Source of the DNA: a virus
Lineage: Duplodnaviria; Caudoviricetes
Direction: 5' to 3' (one strand)
DNA length: 61,280 nucleotides
IMG/VR virus record: IMGVR_UViG_3300034121_000204
Coordinates: 1 to 61,280 of that record
The translations under genes were made by a program, and so were the position numbers. Numbering within the stretch: the stretch's first letter is position 1; each line of letters begins with the position of its first letter. The notes under the pieces are model-generated. The model saw only the letters and a program-made list of their open reading frames with translations. It did no database searches and was not told the DNA's origin. Shown in pieces: positions 29,201 through 37,992 of the stretch.

Positions 29201-30005
29201 TTTCTTCAACAAATTGATCACCAGTCTCAAATTTTATAGCTATTTTGTTATACTTATTAAGCATACCTTTATTATCGCCTGTATTGTAATCATAAGAAAA
29301 TCCACTTGCGTGAAAAGCTACAGATGAGAATGGTGACAATGAGCTATACTGATTGTCCTTGTACTTGTACCTATATGAAAAGTAGATAAATTTTTCTCTA
29401 ATATTATTAGAGGCATTGACAGATGTATCAAAAGACAAATTAATCTTTGGACTATTTAATGGAGGTCTTAGTATTACGTTTATATCCTCCGATATTCTTA
29501 CGTCATCAACAGAGTAAGTCTTTGCTCTTGCGATATTTATTCGTCTTGGTGGATTTAAACCATCAGTCCAATATAAAAAAGGGCCTTCATCATTTATAAC
29601 TGGTAGGTAATTTATACCAGTAACAGGATATTCCTTGTTGAAGTTAAGTTGTTGTTCAGTACATAACAATACGATTGATGTTGCACCACTTATCTCATCG
29701 TACTCAAATATCCCATCAAATGTACTACTAGTTACCAACCAATATATAGTATTATTAGCCTCAAATGTAACAGCACCTATAGTCTTTGGATTTGATCCAG
29801 TATATGTAATACCTTCATCCTCAACTAGTTCTTGAATATTACTAACTAATGAATTTCCTAATGAATTAGAAACAGAACCTATATTTGATCCACTAGATGA
29901 ATCTATAGTTACATTTAAAGCATCAATATATTCGCCATCAGGAACAAGTCTCTCATCAAGATCTTTGTTCATTTTACCAGCAATAAAAGTCTTTTTTAAT
30001 TCCAT
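26295..30005 (-). CDS. tail nozzle/muzzle (stabilization) protein
   Basis: TFIAGKMNKDLDERLVPDGEYIDALN start; LYWTDGLNPPRRIN; NRLIYGNY; YGISNNPESFA. Confidence 0.8.
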   Translation of the reverse strand: MELKKTFIAGKMNKDLDERLVPDGEYIDALNVTIDSSSGSNIGSVSNSLGNSLVSNIQELVEDEGITYTGSNPKTIGAVTFEANNTIYWLVTSSTFDGIFEYDEISGATSIVLLCTEQQLNFNKEYPVTGINYLPVINDEGPFLYWTDGLNPPRRINIARAKTYSVDDVRISEDINVILRPPLNSPKINLSFDTSVNASNNIREKFIYFSYRYKYKDNQYSSLSPFSSVAFHASGFSYDYNTGDNKGMLNKYNKIAIKFETGDQFVEEIQVLYYDTNALNVYIVENYDKADLSIANNSVYTIDFSANKIYTPIESSEVTRLFDNVPLSAKAQEIIGNRLIYGNYVQFRDIVNGDGDKIVPSYTLSLENEAITTLPKKTFRSDRDYEIGIIYTDDYGRMTTALTSKSNTLYIPPINSDTANSIRVNLTNEPPVWATNYRFAIKQSQGDYYNIFPYTFVVDGVFRYFLINESDRDKITVGGYIIFKTSNGVATHSNKQFKILELEYKQASSPFVIEGLYFKIKADLSDTFLNGPIAQNISSSNNGRGPRDSGCLGDPETKSPVTLRSSLVQFEKAYYASNGDNTLIYPFQNGAPDINAASGIATRDKDERFSIIIMPVAGDPNATPTHFKYTYNPDINIGLSAEILIPTSSPFTSTISSPEGPIILTFAQDTYMPGDIYVFNVRANLINGDLLKTVINGYSGLTISQKGGIPTNSDDTMDGLDPADYGGHSILLYNGPIYQGATININILRDRAPLSSDPIRSQNNSWTSDNYYRNLEEWFWKSGAYKTFKYKNQSDTLVTSAVNVSFRRSNSSGVENTLGAYSTNYIAEDSNVNTGLLCMLIRGVGVNDGCSRNEISTQLTISQTPTVQLTAETVPLASDLDIFYEMRNTYRIESGNHKVSWRWNDYTYGGAWPVGSVPTAYLNKTVLGPSTPFGDTANDMKHSFNAGERVYVKNDDPLAAFGPPSAYYDILWVINEYAIVIDLPTLPSGSATGSVFYQDWEQDQNGVTPLIVELNNVTSHNSDFNAFAFGNGVESYRIYDNFLRPTMKYSPRATSVIEDYQQQNKFAALCYSGIYKGDTSTNRLNSFNLSQANFKNLDIKYGPIQKLYAMDTNLMVLQQDKITSVLYGKNLLVDAVGGGQVASVPEVLGNQIVHPSEYGISNNPESFAIYSNVMFFTDSRRGAVLQMSGDQVIEISANGMQNYFRDEMKDNPNTQKLGMYDPYNNTYVLSFSNQSF

Positions 30006-30913
30006 TATTTTATAATTTTATCACGACCTCTTAAAGACATAAGTAGTCTTGATGGATGTAAATTGCTTAGTCGTATCTTTGTGTTTCGTAAAGAAGCTGT
30101 CTTGGCTTTTTGAACTCTACTCACAATATATTCTTGAACTCCTGTCTTGTTACTCAACACAGCCCACTTTAAATAATTATAAAGGTACTCCTCTGCTAGT
30201 TTGTTGATTGTGATAAGAGAATCGTCACCATTTTCCATCCCATCAGAAATGTACTCAAGTACAATATATCCATCCTCAACACCAGTTGAAAAGTCAATTA
30301 CACCAGCAGCTTTGTTGATAGTAAACTTAGGATTCCTATTTGCTTCATCAGTAGCCATACCATAACGTCCACCGATAGCATATCCAAAGTACCAATCACC
30401 ATTGTAAGCCCATCCGTAAGAACCATTGTAAGGACCTGGACCTGTGTATAATTGAGCGTCTTGACGCATTATATCAAGCTTTGATGTGCCTGTTACAATT
30501 TCGCCATTTAAGTCAAATATTATGTCATGGTTATTATCTTGCAAGTATGCTGTTGCAGACATTACAGTTCTGTTCTCAGTCAACTGAAACAGTACACCAT
30601 TTCTAAGTAATGATATTCTAACATAGTTTACATAGTCAGGTGGTAGAACCATCTTCAATTGCTGACTTAGCTGTAGCTCAATAACTTTAATATTTCTTAG
30701 TGCGTCATAGTTAAGCTCTTGAATAGCTCTCTTTGCATGAAACAACACAGTATATCTGTCAACATTATTAACTAACTTATCGTTGCCTACATACATAAGC
30801 ATGAAATTGTTAACTATGTCTGCAAGGCTAACATATTGATATGAACCCCAGTTAGTATCTTCAGGTATTACACCATTGTTGGTATAATATTGATAGTTAG
30901 TAATATATGCCAT
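30005..30913 (-). CDS. head-tail adaptor/ring protein
   Basis: Position; LPPDYVNYVRIS and IVLEYISDG motifs. Confidence 0.65.
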   Translation of the reverse strand: MAYITNYQYYTNNGVIPEDTNWGSYQYVSLADIVNNFMLMYVGNDKLVNNVDRYTVLFHAKRAIQELNYDALRNIKVIELQLSQQLKMVLPPDYVNYVRISLLRNGVLFQLTENRTVMSATAYLQDNNHDIIFDLNGEIVTGTSKLDIMRQDAQLYTGPGPYNGSYGWAYNGDWYFGYAIGGRYGMATDEANRNPKFTINKAAGVIDFSTGVEDGYIVLEYISDGMENGDDSLITINKLAEEYLYNYLKWAVLSNKTGVQEYIVSRVQKAKTASLRNTKIRLSNLHPSRLLMSLRGRDKIIK

Positions 30914-30916
30914 TTA

Positions 30917-31624
30917 TTATTGTTTTTGTTGTATTTCTTGTAACTCCTCAGCCTTTGCTGCCGCCATAACCTCTTGTTCTCTAATAGAGACACCAGCGTA
31001 CTGTAATATCTTAACAACCAAGTCAGAGAAGTCACTCAAAGGCATCTCAAAATCTTGGTAGTCATTAGCCGATTGATTAAATAAAGGATCACCACCAACA
31101 GAAGTATATGTCCACTTCGGTTCTTTTGGATATCTTAGATAATGAGCTTTAACATTTGAAGTTATAGTGCTAGGATAAACTGTGAAGTTAGCTCTAACTG
31201 GAGTAGCACCATCACTCAATGTATATGCTGGATAAGCAACAGACGGAGCAGTTAGGTTAGATGATAACAACATTAATATTTTCTGATGACTAACTTTCTC
31301 TATTTCTTTGTTGTCATTTAATACCAACTTTTGAATGAAATAGCTATCTGTTGGTGCTATAAAATTTGGTGCTGTATAGGTTAATGTACCAACCTTATGG
31401 AAGGTATCCAAAACCTCAGATAATTTCTTAGGAACATCAGCGTAGCCTTCACCATGTGCTCTTTGATTTTGCTTGATAATAGCGTTGCTATACAAGTAGA
31501 TATAACGCTCAAACACCTCCAACTGTGCCTGCTTGGCATATAGATTGAATTCAAATGGTGTGATGTATCCTCGATTGTCTTTTGCTAATATAGACAGGAC
31601 AGTATTTCTAACTTCGTTTATCAT
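30917..31624 (-). CDS. tail tubular/ring protein
   Basis: GYITPFEFNLYAKQAQLE and YLRYPKEPKW, typical of crAss-type ring proteins. Confidence 0.7.
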   Translation of the reverse strand: MINEVRNTVLSILAKDNRGYITPFEFNLYAKQAQLEVFERYIYLYSNAIIKQNQRAHGEGYADVPKKLSEVLDTFHKVGTLTYTAPNFIAPTDSYFIQKLVLNDNKEIEKVSHQKILMLLSSNLTAPSVAYPAYTLSDGATPVRANFTVYPSTITSNVKAHYLRYPKEPKWTYTSVGGDPLFNQSANDYQDFEMPLSDFSDLVVKILQYAGVSIREQEVMAAAKAEELQEIQQKQ

Positions 31625-31640
31625 ACTTACAAAGATAAAT

Positions 31641-31667
31641 AAAAAAAGGCACTTGTTATAAGTGCCT
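31641..31667 (-). terminator. intrinsic terminator
   Basis: AGGCACTT-GTTAT-AAGTGCCT stem with a T-run on the - strand. Confidence 0.8.
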
Positions 31668-31691
31668 CTTCCTTTCTAGATTAATTGCTTA

Positions 31692-32006
31692 TTAATTCAA
31701 AGCTGCGCTTGCAATAGTAATACCAGTAGGTAATGCAGGAACAATAAATGAATCTGGGTTGCTTGATGCTCTATTAGCTAATTCAACAGCAGCGTAGATA
31801 GCATCTCTAAATGCAACTTGTTCAGCAGCAGTAGCAGTAGCAGATGATGTGATACGAATAGTATCAGAACCAGCAGTAGCTCCACCAGCAGCATACAAAA
31901 CATCTACCAATGTAGGGTTAGCCAATGTAGTTGCAACAAACTGAATGCTAGAAGCATTAAGAAGTGTAACATTAGATCCAGCAGTCAATTTTAAAAACTT
32001 TTCCAT
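31692..32006 (-). CDS. hypothetical structural protein (Ala/Thr-rich)
   Basis: 104 aa, own TATATTTG box (32037-32044) and terminator. Confidence 0.65.
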   Translation of the reverse strand: MEKFLKLTAGSNVTLLNASSIQFVATTLANPTLVDVLYAAGGATAGSDTIRITSSATATAAEQVAFRDAIYAAVELANRASSNPDSFIVPALPTGITIASAALN

Positions 32007-32044
32007 ATTCTAAATGATTAATTATTAATAACGATGCAAATATA

Positions 32045-32824
32045 CTAATTATTTGATAACTTATCATCTAAGAACTGATACAGCTCAATACCTTCATCTG
32101 ACTGTAGATATGAAGCCAAAACAGATGTAGCGTTATCGCCAAATGGTATAGTGACAAGTTTCTTTTTGTTCTCTTTTAGGTTGAAATACAAATCTTTACC
32201 ATTATTTCTTAAACTTAAATAACCATCAGATAATGCTCTAGCAGCTATATTGTTAATTTTAAGTGATGGATCATTTGCAGCTTCCAAGAAATCTTGAGGG
32301 TATCTTTTAGCGTAAAGCATCATATCTCTCTTAACTTCAGAGCTACTCATTTTATCAACTCGTCCACCAAGTAATATTCTAGCTATTGCCTCTAACGTAT
32401 TAAAGTCATTTGCTGCTAAATCTCTTGCTGATAACTGAGCATCTAATTCAGAGTACATTGATGCGATATCCTCTTCAGCATCTCTTTCATTATCAAACTC
32501 ATAAAACTCACTTCCGTTACCTGGATGGTAGTGAAGGAATTGCTGTAATGTTGGATTATTTTTTGGTACTGTTAGTACGCCATCTTCAAATACAATTGGC
32601 TCAACAATAACATTTTGATCCTGTTCTTCTTGAAAAGGGCTATTTGAGTTTCTAGCGTAACGAAGTGGGTGATTTGTATTTGTCTCTTCATTATAATAAA
32701 GCAGACGTTTTCTAGGTGTATCCTTTGATGCTATGTAATAAGCTAAAGGTGATTTTTCATTCTTTAAAAGATATGTACGATCTTTAGGTTCGAGGGATAT
32801 CCTCTTAATTGCTATTTTTTCCAT
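32045..32824 (-). CDS. conserved hypothetical protein downstream of the capsid gene
   Basis: 259-aa ORF in the head module. Confidence 0.7.
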   Translation of the reverse strand: MEKIAIKRISLEPKDRTYLLKNEKSPLAYYIASKDTPRKRLLYYNEETNTNHPLRYARNSNSPFQEEQDQNVIVEPIVFEDGVLTVPKNNPTLQQFLHYHPGNGSEFYEFDNERDAEEDIASMYSELDAQLSARDLAANDFNTLEAIARILLGGRVDKMSSSEVKRDMMLYAKRYPQDFLEAANDPSLKINNIAARALSDGYLSLRNNGKDLYFNLKENKKKLVTIPFGDNATSVLASYLQSDEGIELYQFLDDKLSNN

Positions 32825-32846
32825 TTTATATAATTTAAATTTTACT

Positions 32847-32883
32847 AAAAAAATAACAGAGTGTCACTGATGACACTCTGTTA
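32847..32883 (-). terminator. intrinsic terminator after the major capsid gene
   Basis: Perfect 13-bp stem TAACAGAGTGTCA-CTGA-TGACACTCTGTTA plus a T-run on the - strand. Confidence 0.85.
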
Positions 32884-32893
32884 ATATTTATTC

Positions 32894-34321
32894 TTATCCT
32901 TTGAAGATAAAGAAGTTGTTTGCACCAAGTGTACAAAGAGCTCTTTCAGACAAGAAGTTAACCTCCATTGCATCAAGATCGCTAGTTGCAGCACCACCAG
33001 CAGAACCAGTCATCCAAGTTTTGTAACGTCTGTTTTCAGCTTCAGAAGCTCTATAACGAACGTGTAAGAATGGACGTTTTGCGTTTTTACCAAGAACTTG
33101 GTCATAAACTGTAGTTGTACCAGCAGGAACTAATACACCATTTACAAGACCACCAACAAGACCACCACGAAGCGTAGCATCGTTAAGGTATTTCCAATCA
33201 GTTTTGTAGAATTCATAACCTCTACGGAAACCTGTAAATCCTAAGTTTAATGCCATTTGCTCGCTATTGTCAAACAATCCGTAAGATGTTCCACCAACTC
33301 CGTAAGAGTTTTGAGCAGCTAACATATCATCAATATCAAAAGACATTTGACGATTGATAAATAAAGCATTCTCAGCGATAGCTCCTTGTTTGTCAAGACG
33401 TTGTACGATTGTATCGATGTCAGTCAATGAAGATGGTGTACCACCAGACCAAACATTACCTCTTGATTCAATAGTATCAAATAAACCTTGAGTACCAGCA
33501 GCAGCATCAGTTGATGGAGAAGCATAAGAAGGAGCAACTAAATATGAAGCAGCTCCTGAGTTTTGTTCAGCAGGAACACCTTCTACCATTGCCATTTCAA
33601 GATAATCTTCAAAACGTAAACGAGTTTCGTGCTCTGATTTCATATACCACAAATAACCTGTAGCTCCGTTCTCAGTTGTTACTTCAACCCATCCGATTTG
33701 TGCCATATCAGAACCAGATACAACATACTTATCTTTGATGATGATTGGTTTACACTCAAAGAAGTCATCTTGTGCTTCTAATGAACCTACCATACCATTT
33801 TCACCTTTTCTGAATTCAGAACCGTAAACGAATGCTGTAAATGTAGCACTTGTATCTCCTGTAGCAATACCACTAGCATTGTAAAAAGCAAGTGTAAAGC
33901 GAGTATTATCTCCACCTGGAGCTACTGCTGTAACAATACCTTTATAAGAAGAACTACCTCCATTATTAGATAAAAATACAGTTTGATTTTGTCTAAAGTT
34001 ACAAGCAGCTGATCCAATATCAAAAGTTACAGAATCATCACCTGCTGTAGCTGATACAGGTGTAACAGTAGTGTATTTAGTATGCAAACGACCTTGCTCT
34101 GCCCATTTAATTAAGTCAGAGTTAGAAGGAAGTTCAGCACCTACCATACGCAAGAAAGATGCGATAGAACGGTTACCGTAACGCTCGAATTCTTTTTCGT
34201 AAGTATCAGGAAGATACTGATTCAAGAAGTCAAAATTTGTAATGTAGTTTGTAGGCAATGTTGCCTTTACTGCGCTAGGTGTAATTGATACACCTGGGCT
34301 TGATGCTAATGTTCCAGACAT
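32894..34321 (-). CDS. major capsid protein
   Basis: 475 aa after portal and scaffold, followed by a strong terminator; WAEQGRLH and IIIKDKY motifs of Bacteroidota podophage capsids. Confidence 0.85.
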   Translation of the reverse strand: MSGTLASSPGVSITPSAVKATLPTNYITNFDFLNQYLPDTYEKEFERYGNRSIASFLRMVGAELPSNSDLIKWAEQGRLHTKYTTVTPVSATAGDDSVTFDIGSAACNFRQNQTVFLSNNGGSSSYKGIVTAVAPGGDNTRFTLAFYNASGIATGDTSATFTAFVYGSEFRKGENGMVGSLEAQDDFFECKPIIIKDKYVVSGSDMAQIGWVEVTTENGATGYLWYMKSEHETRLRFEDYLEMAMVEGVPAEQNSGAASYLVAPSYASPSTDAAAGTQGLFDTIESRGNVWSGGTPSSLTDIDTIVQRLDKQGAIAENALFINRQMSFDIDDMLAAQNSYGVGGTSYGLFDNSEQMALNLGFTGFRRGYEFYKTDWKYLNDATLRGGLVGGLVNGVLVPAGTTTVYDQVLGKNAKRPFLHVRYRASEAENRRYKTWMTGSAGGAATSDLDAMEVNFLSERALCTLGANNFFIFKG

Positions 34322-34335
34322 TTTGTTTTTGTTTT

Positions 34336-35445
34336 TTAGTTTTTACTTTTAATTACTAGTCTACCATTACGACCATCATCTAAAGCTGTAACTTTAATTC
34401 CTGGAGTTGGGGTTACTTGTGTAGCTTGACGAGTCATGTCAATATTCTTAGACTCTTTAGCAACATTACCAACCGCATCTGCCGCACCTTTTTCATAAAA
34501 GAATTTGGCAAACTTCTCTGGGTTTGAAGCCACTGCGATAGCCTTATGAAAAGCTTCAGCGTCTCTCAAGTAACCTTCATCATTCAAGAACTTCGATACG
34601 AAGTTATGTAGATTAGATTGCTCTTGTAACAAAGTCGTAGGTTCTGCTGGCTTGTAAACTACTTTCTTGTTTTCATCAATATTAAATCCGAAACCTTCGA
34701 ACTTATCAGAAAACAACTCAGATGTTTTGTCGGCAAAGTACTTAGACTTTTTCGTCTGCTCTTCTTCAGTTTGAGTCGCAACTTGTTTATAATTCTTGTA
34801 AGCTTCGTAAGCATCTCGCTCTTCATTTGGAACAAAAGATTCTCTTGACTCAAGAGGAACTTTGTACTGTTCTTTCAATCCGTTAAAGTACTCCTTAGCT
34901 TTAGCAAGCTCTTTTTTCTTAGCTAATTGTTTTTTCTTAATCTCCTTTTCATCATCATAATCTGAATCAAATCCAAATTGATTTTCGAGATCAAATTTAA
35001 TATCGTCAGTGTCAAGATCTTTATCTTTATTCTTACGATACTCAAACAATAGCTGATCTTGGTCCATTGAATCATAGTCTTTATTTAACTTCATAAAGTC
35101 CTCGATTCCACGGCCAGTTTCTTTTTTATATTTCAAATAGGTAGCAACCTCTGGATCTAAATCATCATTGCTTGTTCTTTGTTCAAACAATTCGTCAAGA
35201 TTGCTAATCTCTTTGTTATATCTTTTACCAATATATGAAAGAACTCTGTTGTCATCTATCTCAATCTCTTGAGGTTCGATTGTTGGCTCTTCTGTAGCAG
35301 GTGTATCAACTACAACTGTTTCAGTAGTAGGTTCTTCAGTAACCGTACCTGTCTTTTCCGCATGCTCATCAAGCAATTGTTGTTCTACTTCAGCAACAGA
35401 CTTTTCTTCGAAATCTACTGCTCTTACTTTAAATTCACCTTCCAT
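34336..35445 (-). CDS. capsid scaffolding-type protein
   Basis: Acidic coiled-coil protein between portal and capsid. Confidence 0.7.
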   Translation of the reverse strand: MEGEFKVRAVDFEEKSVAEVEQQLLDEHAEKTGTVTEEPTTETVVVDTPATEEPTIEPQEIEIDDNRVLSYIGKRYNKEISNLDELFEQRTSNDDLDPEVATYLKYKKETGRGIEDFMKLNKDYDSMDQDQLLFEYRKNKDKDLDTDDIKFDLENQFGFDSDYDDEKEIKKKQLAKKKELAKAKEYFNGLKEQYKVPLESRESFVPNEERDAYEAYKNYKQVATQTEEEQTKKSKYFADKTSELFSDKFEGFGFNIDENKKVVYKPAEPTTLLQEQSNLHNFVSKFLNDEGYLRDAEAFHKAIAVASNPEKFAKFFYEKGAADAVGNVAKESKNIDMTRQATQVTPTPGIKVTALDDGRNGRLVIKSKN

Positions 35446-35562
35446 TTTATTAAATTTATTTACAAATATAATAATTATATTTTAAAGCATATAGAATCAG
35501 CATTATAGCTAATATATTATGCAAAAGCATATAAAAATGGCTAAAATATCTAATATATTAGT

Positions 35563-37992
35563 CTACTTAGGACTAAATGATTCTAAATCGAAACCATCCA
35601 AAGAATCCTCTGTACTCTCAAAATTAACTGGAGGTAAGTTATTCTTTCTTTGGTTAATTAGCTCAGACTGTCTGCTTGCTTGTAAGTCAACACGTTTGTC
35701 TTTAGCCTCTTCTTTACTTTTCTCACGCTTCATTAAGTTATCTGTTTCGATACCTTTAAGTTGCATGTTGTACTCAAACTCTTTTTCCATTAGTTGAGCT
35801 TTGATAGCAGCCTCAGCTTGCATTTGCTGAACAGCAAAATTCATCTCTGCTTCTCTTAATTGTATTTTAGATTGAGCTTCAAGTTGAAGTAGTTGAGCTT
35901 TAGACTCAGCAGCAGCTTGTTGAGATTGAATGTTACTTTGCATCTGCATTTGGAACTGCATTTCTTGATCCTTTTGCTTCTGCTCAGTTCTTTTCTTTCT
36001 CTTTAATTTAAGCATCTCATTAGCTAGCTTGATATTGTTTATCATTCTAATATCAATAGCATCTTCTAAGTCAATAGTTTGTTGCTGTAAGGATATTTGA
36101 ATATTAGCCTCAAGCATCTGTTTTTGCTCTTCATCTGGAGCTATCTCAATGAATATACCAAAGTCATGTAAATAAAGGTCTTTAATGTCATCAAGGATAG
36201 CAACATTGTACTTACCTATCTGCATTGCAAACTCTTCAGCAAAGTCAGCGTATTCTAATATATCAGCAACACGAATAGAAAGACATTCAGCTAATTGTTT
36301 TGTCATCTGTAGACCACCTTCTAATATATGTCTTGTAGCTGTATTCGAACTTAAAGCAGCTAATTTCTGTACACCAACTAAAGCGTCAGGATTTGGAGTA
36401 GATCCATCCCTTACCTCATTAATACCAGTAACGTCACGTATCATGTTTAGATAGTGATTATAGTTACCTATCAATGCAGCCATTTTAGATTGGCCACTAT
36501 TTGAGTTAAGTTCTTGAATAGGAACTCTAGCATTATTGAAATCACCGTCTTGCGTATAACTACGTCCAATAACACTACCAGTCTGGAAGTACATTTTTAA
36601 TGCATCCTCTGGATTATATGCTGCGCCTGTACCTAAGTCAACTTCATTAATACCATCAGCATCAATGAATACACCATCAGGAACAACGCGTGCCATTACT
36701 TGTTGTAATTTAAGGTGCGTTAATTGTATCTGATCGGCAAAAGGAATCATACGTCTAACTAATGACTCATTGTTTCCTTTATACATTCTAGGAGCAAATA
36801 CCACATAGTTAGGAAGAGCTTTCTGTGTTGCTGATTTAGGACGTACCATGTTTTTCATCATGTCCCACTTCAGAATAATATTAGATCCGCCAACTATAAT
36901 ACCCTCGTACCAAACATCCTTAACTGTCTCTATTTTTTCAAACATCATTCCTTCCTCTGTAGGAGGGTTAAATGACTCATCTTTTCTTATTACTCGCTCA
37001 CCACCATTCTCAAGTAATTTCTTTTTCCAAACAAACTTCTTGCTTGTCTTATAGTTAAAGTAAAGTAATGTAACTACTTCATTTAGAAATGCGCTATCTT
37101 GATAATTACGGATAATAGGGAAATAGTCATACCACGCTGAAGCAGCGTTACGTATCTCATTTAGCTGCTCATCAGTAAGATTTGGATCTATTTTTAATAG
37201 CTCAGTGTAATGAACTTGCTTAACCTCACCAAAATAATAGCAGTCTGAAAAGTCTGGCTTCTCAGTGTAGCTATGAATAAGATTAGAAGGATCAACGTAA
37301 TCAATTTTCAATCCATCATTTACTAAAAATGTATGTCTTATCGCTGCTTTTCCTAAAACAGTTAAATCGTAGTCAACTAACTTCTTTACCTTAGGAAAGT
37401 CATTCATTTTAAGAATTGTGTCAATAGCAACTTCCTCAGCAATCTCTATAGATGGCTTGTATTTAAGTTGCATATATAATGACAGCTCTTCATCATTCTC
37501 AGGTAGCTCCTCAGGGTTAACATTGAACGCATCAATACCAAACTGATCTTTTGTTAGTTGTAAGAAATCCTTAGCAACCATGTCAGCTTCAATCATATCC
37601 TGGAATATGTTTTTCTTTTCAGCAGACATTACATCTTGAGATTCGGCTTTGATTGTGAAAAGCCTATCGTTCATTCCATTTACGACAATATCAACGAACT
37701 TTGGGATAATAGGAATTGGAGTCCAATCAAGATTAAGCATGGACATATCTCCATTTGTAGATAGCTCATCTTTATATTTTTGAATAGGCTGTTCACCTCT
37801 TGCGTATAACCTTAAGCGATGGAATTCACCCCACTGATCATAGAAACGACATGTGTTAGCTTTTCTCTTGAACCACTCACCTTCAACCGCCTTTGCTACT
37901 CTTAAACCATATTCCATTGTGGCCTTTTCCTCATCAGTAGCCATTTGGTTAGGAAAGGGTGATTGATAAATTACAACTGATAATTTCTCCAT
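35563..37992 (-). CDS. portal protein
   Basis: 809 aa after terminase; PIIPKFVDIVVNG, IRDVTGINEVRDG; Q-rich C-terminal barrel. Confidence 0.9.
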   Translation of the reverse strand: MEKLSVVIYQSPFPNQMATDEEKATMEYGLRVAKAVEGEWFKRKANTCRFYDQWGEFHRLRLYARGEQPIQKYKDELSTNGDMSMLNLDWTPIPIIPKFVDIVVNGMNDRLFTIKAESQDVMSAEKKNIFQDMIEADMVAKDFLQLTKDQFGIDAFNVNPEELPENDEELSLYMQLKYKPSIEIAEEVAIDTILKMNDFPKVKKLVDYDLTVLGKAAIRHTFLVNDGLKIDYVDPSNLIHSYTEKPDFSDCYYFGEVKQVHYTELLKIDPNLTDEQLNEIRNAASAWYDYFPIIRNYQDSAFLNEVVTLLYFNYKTSKKFVWKKKLLENGGERVIRKDESFNPPTEEGMMFEKIETVKDVWYEGIIVGGSNIILKWDMMKNMVRPKSATQKALPNYVVFAPRMYKGNNESLVRRMIPFADQIQLTHLKLQQVMARVVPDGVFIDADGINEVDLGTGAAYNPEDALKMYFQTGSVIGRSYTQDGDFNNARVPIQELNSNSGQSKMAALIGNYNHYLNMIRDVTGINEVRDGSTPNPDALVGVQKLAALSSNTATRHILEGGLQMTKQLAECLSIRVADILEYADFAEEFAMQIGKYNVAILDDIKDLYLHDFGIFIEIAPDEEQKQMLEANIQISLQQQTIDLEDAIDIRMINNIKLANEMLKLKRKKRTEQKQKDQEMQFQMQMQSNIQSQQAAAESKAQLLQLEAQSKIQLREAEMNFAVQQMQAEAAIKAQLMEKEFEYNMQLKGIETDNLMKREKSKEEAKDKRVDLQASRQSELINQRKNNLPPVNFESTEDSLDGFDLESFSPK

